Source: Pseudomonadota bacterium (GTDB taxonomy: Bacteria > Bdellovibrionota_B > Oligoflexia > Silvanigrellales > Silvanigrellaceae). From it: 64,000 nucleotides of DNA. Below, piece by piece: positions 58,151 to 64,000 of this stretch (positions are counted from its first letter, which is position 1; the number at the start of each line of letters is the position of its first letter). The DNA lies in the NCBI GenBank assembly GCA_039799905.1, contig JBDLRP010000019.1, forward strand, positions 60,830 through 124,829, written 5' to 3'. The translations under genes were made by a program, and so were the position numbers. The notes under the pieces were generated by a model, which was given only the letters and a program-made list of their open reading frames with translations, was not told where the DNA came from and searched no databases.

Positions 58151-59167
58151 ATGTTCGTATCTGTTAAAGACGCAAAAAGTACCGGTGCTGCTGTTGGTGG
58201 AAAAGAAATTCCAGTTACAATTGTCACTGGTTTTCTGGGCTCTGGCAAAACCACGCTGCTCAACCGCATGCTCACTGAATCACACGGTAAAAAAATTGCC
58301 GTCGTCCTCAATGAAATTGGCGATGTCAACCTCGACTCCGAGCTTGTCGTGCAAACCCTGGGCGAAGAGCTCAAGGTGATGAACAACGGCTGTCTGTGCT
58401 GCACCGTGCGCGGCGACCTCACACGGGTGGCCAAAGATCTTCTCAAGAACAACGTCGATTTCGACCATCTGGTGATTGAAACCACGGGCATGGCGGACCC
58501 CAGTCCGGTGGCGCAGACGTTCTTTATGGATGAAGATCTGCAACGGCATTACTACCTCGATGCCATTCTCACGGTGGTCGACGCTTTCCACATTGGTAAA
58601 AATCTCAAAACCGTCCGCGAAACTCAGGATCAAATCGGCTTTGCAGACGTCATCATCCTCAACAAGACCGACATGGTCGGGCCTGCCGAACTGGGCGATG
58701 CTGAAAAACTGATCCGCGGCATCAACGGTGTTGCCAAGCTTTTCAAAACGCAGAAGTGCTCGCTTCCCATTTCCGACGTGTTGGGAATTTCGGCCTTCGA
58801 CCTCCAGGATCGCGTGAAGATCGACCCGTCGATTATGGTTGAGTATCACGAACATTCTCATGACGACGAAATTCAAAGTATTTACATCGAAGAAAAACGT
58901 CCGCTCGATTTGGAAAAGCTCAATAAATTTATGGCGCTTCTCGTCAACGAATTGGGTGAGCAGGTTCTGCGCAGCAAGGGCGTATTGCACATCAAAGACA
59001 ACCCGCTGCGTGTTGTTTTTCAGGGTGTGCACATGACTGTTGGAAGTTCTCCCGACCGTGAATGGGCTGCTGGTGAAGAGCGTAAAACTCAGATGGTCTT
59101 TATCGGCCGGCACCTTCCGCGTGATGTGCTGGCCGAAGGGCTGGCGCTCTGCGTGGCAGACGCCTGA
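58151..59167 (+). CDS. COG0523/CobW-family GTPase metallochaperone
   Basis: GFLGSGKTT, GCLCC, ETTG, NKTD, short His-rich linker and CobW C-terminal domain. Confidence 0.95.
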   Translation: MFVSVKDAKSTGAAVGGKEIPVTIVTGFLGSGKTTLLNRMLTESHGKKIAVVLNEIGDVNLDSELVVQTLGEELKVMNNGCLCCTVRGDLTRVAKDLLKNNVDFDHLVIETTGMADPSPVAQTFFMDEDLQRHYYLDAILTVVDAFHIGKNLKTVRETQDQIGFADVIILNKTDMVGPAELGDAEKLIRGINGVAKLFKTQKCSLPISDVLGISAFDLQDRVKIDPSIMVEYHEHSHDDEIQSIYIEEKRPLDLEKLNKFMALLVNELGEQVLRSKGVLHIKDNPLRVVFQGVHMTVGSSPDREWAAGEERKTQMVFIGRHLPRDVLAEGLALCVADA

Positions 59168-59311
59168 GCCGCGTTCTTCCGCTGTGCGCTCGACGGGAGT
59201 GGGGCGTGCAGCAGAGTCTGATCTGCCGAGAGTCAGCACTTTGAACGTCTGAGATTAAAAATTTCACCCGCCGGAACCTTTTGTCCATATTAGCCTGAAG
59301 AAACAGGTAAA

Positions 59312-60313
59312 TTGCGGGGGTCGGCTGGCGTGAGCATATTACAACGTGCGGTTCTTATAGCCGACGAGCGGAAGTCTCAATCTCTCATCCGCGACCTTCG
59401 CGGGGTTTTGGCAAAGGTTGGCCTGAGGGACGTTCTCTGCACTGAAAGCATGACTGACGTTTCGAATATTGTTTATGCAAGTCAGTGGCCGCTGGTATTT
59501 ATCGACCACGACGTCGAGTCGTCAGACGGCCTGAGAACATTCGAGCGCATTTTTCGCATGCTCGGCAATCAGCTTTTTCATTATTTTTTAATTCTTCCCA
59601 GCGAAGAAAAGGTGATGAGCCGCTGTTTTCGCAGCCTCGGTTTTTCTGGCGTCATCCGCAAACCGTTTCAGCAGTTGGACGTTAACGAAACCGTGGGTCC
59701 TTTCATTTTTAAGACGCCAGATCTGCAGGTGAAATATTCTCACGAATACACTCTCGCATTGCTTAAAAAAGACCTCAATGGCGCAGAAATGATTTTGAAG
59801 CGCCTAAAATCCGAGGGAAGGCAAAAGCTTAAGGTCGAAATGGCACGCGTTTTTTTGAGTGACGCACAGGGTGCAGGCCCAAAAGTGATGTCAATCTTCC
59901 AAAAGCTGCTTAAGGATGAATCCCCCGAGCTACGCGTGCTCTGTGACTACGTGTACTTTTTAAAAAAGTTCTCCATTTATGATGAGTGCGCGGCGGTCAT
60001 GGAAAAAATTTTTCAACGACAACCTCTCTTGGGCGGGAAAATATGGGAGGAAATCCTGTTTTTCGCAGAGCTCGAGAAACTCGACGATATTGCGCTCAGG
60101 GTTGAGAAGCTGATTGCAATGAAAACCAATCCGGATGATGTCGATTGTCTGCTCGCACGCATGATCAATCAATTCGGTTTGGAATCACAGGTGCCAAAAT
60201 TGGTCATCAAGGGCTGCAGCGATTTTGATGCCTATCAACAATTCCTGCAAAAAGAAAAAGAAAAGCAGGAAAAGGCGGCCGCAAAAGCCTCGCCTGCCTT
60301 GAAGTCCGCATGA
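59312..60313 (+). CDS. divergent receiver domain plus helical/TPR-like protein
   Basis: LIADE, FIDHD..DGL and IRKPF motifs, then an all-alpha region. Confidence 0.6.
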   Translation: MRGSAGVSILQRAVLIADERKSQSLIRDLRGVLAKVGLRDVLCTESMTDVSNIVYASQWPLVFIDHDVESSDGLRTFERIFRMLGNQLFHYFLILPSEEKVMSRCFRSLGFSGVIRKPFQQLDVNETVGPFIFKTPDLQVKYSHEYTLALLKKDLNGAEMILKRLKSEGRQKLKVEMARVFLSDAQGAGPKVMSIFQKLLKDESPELRVLCDYVYFLKKFSIYDECAAVMEKIFQRQPLLGGKIWEEILFFAELEKLDDIALRVEKLIAMKTNPDDVDCLLARMINQFGLESQVPKLVIKGCSDFDAYQQFLQKEKEKQEKAAAKASPALKSA

Positions 60314-60322
60314 AAAAAAGAT

Positions 60323-61312
60323 TCAGCCCCACAATTCACGCGGGTGACGTTCCAACCGCTGGATGATTTGAACTATGTCGCCAGATTGCGCTTCAATTGG
60401 TTTTCCGTCGTCTCCTCTTTTCGGATACTTTGGAAACATCAAATATCCATCAACCGGCGCGGTCAGTTTAATTTCGGGGGCAGACACTCCGAGTTCGTCT
60501 CCGGCCTTCACGAACTGAAAGTTTTCGAAACCAGCATTGAGGGCTGCGCCATCACCTGGCCACGGCAATTTGCGAATCACCTGAAAAAACTTGAGGTCTT
60601 CGCGGACAGCTGGCAGAGCCGGCGAGGGTGTTCGTCCGTGCGCAAGCTCAGTTTCAACAAATCCAACAATCCGTTGCAGGCTCGACAGTGTAATTTGGTA
60701 GGCCGAGTGTGAAAGTCCGGCGCGGCCGAGCTCGAGCGTGACGGCAGGCTTGCCGCGTTTGCGTACCCATTCGTCGCCGCACATGCCTTCGCTGGAGAAT
60801 GCAATTTTCATGTCGCGTGTCACAAAATGTTCGGCGGCCCTCATGTGTACGGCCCAGCGATAGGATTCTTCGTGATAAGCGAAAGTAAAAAAGGGAAAGA
60901 CCGCAGGCTGGTTTGTTTGATGGTAGTCGATGAACAAGTCGGCCTGAGCCAGCACGCGAGCAAGTTCGTGCGAACGCTTTCCTTCAAGTGTCGTTGAATC
61001 TTTCAAGTCAAAGCAGCGGTTCAAATCGCGTTCAACAAATCTGCAACCGGCCTTCACGGCGCTGGGATTGCCAACAAAAAACAAATATCTGCCGTTGAGT
61101 TGTTCAGACTCTTCGCTGAGTTCCGAGAGCAAAGAGAGCAAGGCCGGCAGGCTGCCTGTTTCGTTGCCGTGAATCGCTGAACCAAGCACGACCGTATACC
61201 TTGCAGACTTTTTCCCGATGTCGACACACCAAGGAACGTCGGACGGAAAACTTTGTGTCATCCGCTCAAAGGCACTGAGCAGGTCTTCGACTGTAGAAGT
61301 ATTGGAGAGCAT
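60323..61312 (-). CDS. succinylglutamate desuccinylase/aspartoacylase family (M14)
   Basis: IHGNE, GNP..RF..RDLNR, IDYH and TLELG motifs. Confidence 0.9.
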   Translation of the reverse strand: MLSNTSTVEDLLSAFERMTQSFPSDVPWCVDIGKKSARYTVVLGSAIHGNETGSLPALLSLLSELSEESEQLNGRYLFFVGNPSAVKAGCRFVERDLNRCFDLKDSTTLEGKRSHELARVLAQADLFIDYHQTNQPAVFPFFTFAYHEESYRWAVHMRAAEHFVTRDMKIAFSSEGMCGDEWVRKRGKPAVTLELGRAGLSHSAYQITLSSLQRIVGFVETELAHGRTPSPALPAVREDLKFFQVIRKLPWPGDGAALNAGFENFQFVKAGDELGVSAPEIKLTAPVDGYLMFPKYPKRGDDGKPIEAQSGDIVQIIQRLERHPRELWG

Positions 61313-61315
61313 GGA

Positions 61316-62290
61316 TTATCTCTTTTCGAAAACAAGAACCGATCGCGGACGCCGCTGCATTTCGCGCAGAGGTTGGTCGCCGCGTAAGACTGCCACAGAG
61401 CGTGTGAGCTGGCCAGCCTCAACCTCAATCGAGAGGGCTGCCACCTTCTGGAGAGTCATGAGGAGGCCCAATCCTGCACCGCCGGGGCCTTCATTGAGCT
61501 GAGGCTCATCTTTAAAGCCCAAGGCGTAACGTATCGGTTTTACCACTGCAGAGGATGGGAACGAGCCATGATGGTCGGTCACCGAAAGGGTAAGGTTTGC
61601 ACCATCGCAGTGACAATCGATTTCAATTTTTTCGCCTTCGTCGAGTTGCGGGGGGACCGAGCGGTCTGTTGTTCTGCGAATGGGATGAGCATCCCAAATT
61701 GCGTTCATCAAAAACTCGTCAACAACATCACCCATGTATTTCGGGTAGCTGCTGATTCCGTTGACCAACGAGCTTTTGTGGACTTGCAGTTGTTCATTAA
61801 AAAATTCAATCACAGCTTCCTGAACGCTGGAGCGCTTGGTGGTGTCTGTCAAGACAGTCGAGCGGGTGTGAAGTCCAGTCGGATTGAGCAGCCGTGGAAC
61901 TACACCGCGGATCTGTTTGCTCAATCCAAATTCCAGAATGGATGCAATGAATCCTCGCAGCAGCGACGGGGTCGGCGCACCGAGAATGTAGCGCAAATTT
62001 CCAAGCTGCTCACTGATAGGGGACAGCAGCGAATTGTCTTTTTCGGATAAAAGCAAAATGGTCCGGTGGTCGGTCACAAGCCCATGCTTGCTGACTGCGT
62101 TTAACAACCCGACTGGGTCGGTAATGTAATAGCAAGTGTCGTCCTCTGCCATTTCTTGACAAATGGCAGAAGTGGGTTGGTCTTCGATCACGTCATAGCT
62201 GCAATCGCCCGCGCCCAACTCAATGGCATCGATGTGCGCGTAGTGCAGCTTTGCCCGAAGATCGGCATCGCAAAAAACGATCCTGCTCAA
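61316..62290 (-). CDS. protein with C-terminal HATPase-like (anti-sigma/Ser kinase-type) domain
   Basis: DEFLMNA (N box), VTDHHG (G1) and GAGLGL (G2); no His-box seen. Start uncertain (TTG 62290; ORF extends to 62389). Confidence 0.7.
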   Translation of the reverse strand: MSRIVFCDADLRAKLHYAHIDAIELGAGDCSYDVIEDQPTSAICQEMAEDDTCYYITDPVGLLNAVSKHGLVTDHRTILLLSEKDNSLLSPISEQLGNLRYILGAPTPSLLRGFIASILEFGLSKQIRGVVPRLLNPTGLHTRSTVLTDTTKRSSVQEAVIEFFNEQLQVHKSSLVNGISSYPKYMGDVVDEFLMNAIWDAHPIRRTTDRSVPPQLDEGEKIEIDCHCDGANLTLSVTDHHGSFPSSAVVKPIRYALGFKDEPQLNEGPGGAGLGLLMTLQKVAALSIEVEAGQLTRSVAVLRGDQPLREMQRRPRSVLVFEKR

Positions 62291-62441
62291 AGTAACGCCC
62301 CTGAAACGTGTCGGAGTCACAGGTATCTTCGGTCGTTTTCTCTGCAGGGTCAAAAGGTTCCGTCCACAATTTGGCACGGGTGCATTCATTAATCAGTCCT
62401 CTCCAGCCGATAGGCCAGTAAAGAGCCGGAGGGAAACCCTT

Positions 62442-63137
62442 ATGAAGATTTGCTCGTGCCTCAAATCCGCTTCCATTTCCATGGCTGCTGCCGTTGCTGC
62501 TGCAGTGAGTGTTCCTGCACATGCCGCCGGTGCGCTGCAGATTGTGCCGTATGCATCTGTGAGTTCGACAAAATCAATCAAGCCAAATCAGGTCGGCAAA
62601 AAGACGTCTTCAAGCGAAGCAACCGAGGAGACTGTCGCGCAAAGAACAACCTACGGTCTGCGCATCAACATGCGGCTCACGCGTGCTTTGAATTTGCAGC
62701 TGCAGGGCGGCACCAACAAACTCGACCAGACCCGCAAGGCGGTCGCCATGCGTGACGAATACGGCGACATCGATTTCGCCAAAGACGCCAACGTCGACCC
62801 GAATGCACAAGATGCGACATACAAATACAGTGAGGAGCAGCGCCTAGCGCAGGCGAAACTTGCGATACAGCCACGAATTGGGAACATGTTCCGATTGAAT
62901 CTTGCGGCAGGTGTTCGCGCCCGCGAGCGTTTGGTCAACGTGACCGACAACATCAAAGGCACCAAGTCCACAATCAACGATCCCATCCGCTATCATGCGG
63001 TTGCAACGGCAGGATTCAATGCGCGTCTGCTCAAAGCCTTCACTGCGACCGTGGAGTACAACTTTTATTTTCTGAAGTTCCCCAAAACCGAGCCGCATGA
63101 GCAGGAGGCACTTATCGGCTTTGGCTTTCAGATTTAG
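62442..63137 (+). CDS. outer-membrane beta-barrel protein
   Basis: Signal peptide AHA-A; amphipathic strands; C-terminal IGFGFQI. Confidence 0.7.
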   Translation: MKICSCLKSASISMAAAVAAAVSVPAHAAGALQIVPYASVSSTKSIKPNQVGKKTSSSEATEETVAQRTTYGLRINMRLTRALNLQLQGGTNKLDQTRKAVAMRDEYGDIDFAKDANVDPNAQDATYKYSEEQRLAQAKLAIQPRIGNMFRLNLAAGVRARERLVNVTDNIKGTKSTINDPIRYHAVATAGFNARLLKAFTATVEYNFYFLKFPKTEPHEQEALIGFGFQI

Positions 63138-63203
63138 CCCTGGCAAGGTGCCTCGTGAGTGAGTTTTAGATGCGCGTAAATATTAAATAAAGTCGACACA
63201 CAT

Positions 63204-63233
63204 AGGGCTTCCTTGAAGCCCTTTTCTCTTTTT
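63204..63233 (+). terminator. intrinsic terminator
   Basis: AGGGCTTC-CTT-GAAGCCCT hairpin followed by a T-rich tract. Confidence 0.75.
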
Positions 63234-63245
63234 CTTAATCCCCCA

Positions 63246-63312
63246 TTGACGACCCTCATCCGCGGTGGTACCACCCCGAGCGCTCCGGAAACGGAGCCGC
63301 GTTCTTTGAAAA
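63246..63312 (+). promoter_or_regulatory. rRNA promoter with boxB-boxA antitermination leader
   Basis: TTGACG-N17-TACCAC with extended TG; GC-rich discriminator; GCTCCG-GAAA-CGGAGC hairpin (63282-63297); GTTCTTTGAAAA boxA (63301-63312). Confidence 0.75.
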
Positions 63313-63561
63313 GTTCATAGGTGAGAAAGTTCTTACTGATAAAAGGCTTCTCGGTTTACTGACCATCATCTCGTGTGGAGAACACGCGTGCTCTGATGCG
63401 AACCCCGTGCTTGTGGGTTCAACCGAGAAGTGCCGGCTTCAGATGAAGCACACACAACCTCAACGCTGTGTGTCCAGGTGTTACTAAGGTAACACTCGAG
63501 CTTCATCTCTCATCGCTGAGTGGGCCGGAGAAAAAACGCAAGGGTGTTTCCCAGTGGGAAT

Positions 63562-64000
63562 CATCAAGCGCAGTAAGGGCATGCGAAGGATGCCTAGGTA
63601 TCGAGAAGCGACGAAAGACGTGATAGGCTGCGAAAAGCCTCGGGGAGCTGCCAAATAAGCTTTGATCCGGGGATGTCTGAATGGGGCAACCCACTCCGTC
63701 AGGAGTACGGGAAGGTGAATACATAGCCTTCTGCGAGCGAACTCGGGGAACTGAACCATCTTAGTACCCGAAGGAAAAGAAAACAAACAAGTGATTCCGA
63801 AAGTAGCGGCGAGCGAAATTGGAACAGCCCAAACCAGTCTTCGCAAGAGGGCTGGGGTTGTGGGACGTGCATTTAGGAAGCGAACGGTAGCTGAATGGGC
63901 TGGAAGGCCTGTCCATAGAGAGTGAAAGACTCGTAAGCGAAACCAATCGTTCTGAGCGCGTATCCCGAGTAGCACAGGGCACGTGAAACCCGGTGTGAAT
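63562..64000 (+). rRNA. rrl: 23S rRNA, 5' part (runs off the window)
   Basis: TCAAG..TAAGGGCA..GGATGCCTAGG, GAATGGGGCAACCC, GAACTGAACCATCTTAGTACC and AGTAGCGGCGAGCGAA. Confidence 0.98.

Noticed and set aside
46592..59239. Long antisense ORFs (e.g. 46592-47377, 47328-48374, 56030-56785, 58280-59239)
   Set aside because: They shadow well-supported genes on the other strand, as expected from codon bias, and have no motifs of their own.
63313..63561. tRNA in the rRNA leader (GGTTCAA at ~63416)
   Set aside because: No T-arm pairing or cloverleaf; the motif belongs to a simple hairpin.
63484..63982. Minus-strand ORFs of 163, 73 and 73 aa
   Set aside because: They are antisense to the 23S rRNA and spurious.

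Overview
Bacterial chromosomal window of about 37 genes; gene content suggests a Bdellovibrionota/Oligoflexia-like organism (inference). The standout is a ~29 kb divergent locus (9516-38374). Its rightward operon encodes a natural FliF(RBM3)-coiled-coil-TM-FliG(N,M,C) fusion, MotA, MotB, a FecR-like membrane protein and a HAMP/PP2C (SpoIIE-type) phosphatase. Its leftward operon encodes a PEGA/TPR lipoprotein, a small outer-membrane beta-barrel, a 6167-aa Cys-rich Ig-like repeat lipoprotein and a secreted hypothetical protein. No rod, hook, filament, export-gate or FliM/FliN genes occur in the window. I infer a candidate flagellum-derived but non-flagellar rotary motor linked to a giant adhesin. 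The window also holds an orphan degenerate FliG next to priA, six sigma-28-like promoters with exact 15-nt spacing, several secreted enzyme homologues with altered catalytic motifs, and metabolic genes (pta, Leu/Glu dehydrogenase, thiolase). It ends in a 23S rRNA gene with its own promoter and boxB/boxA and no 16S upstream. I saw no CRISPR array, tRNA or mobile element. All domain calls come from motif recognition by eye, not database searches.
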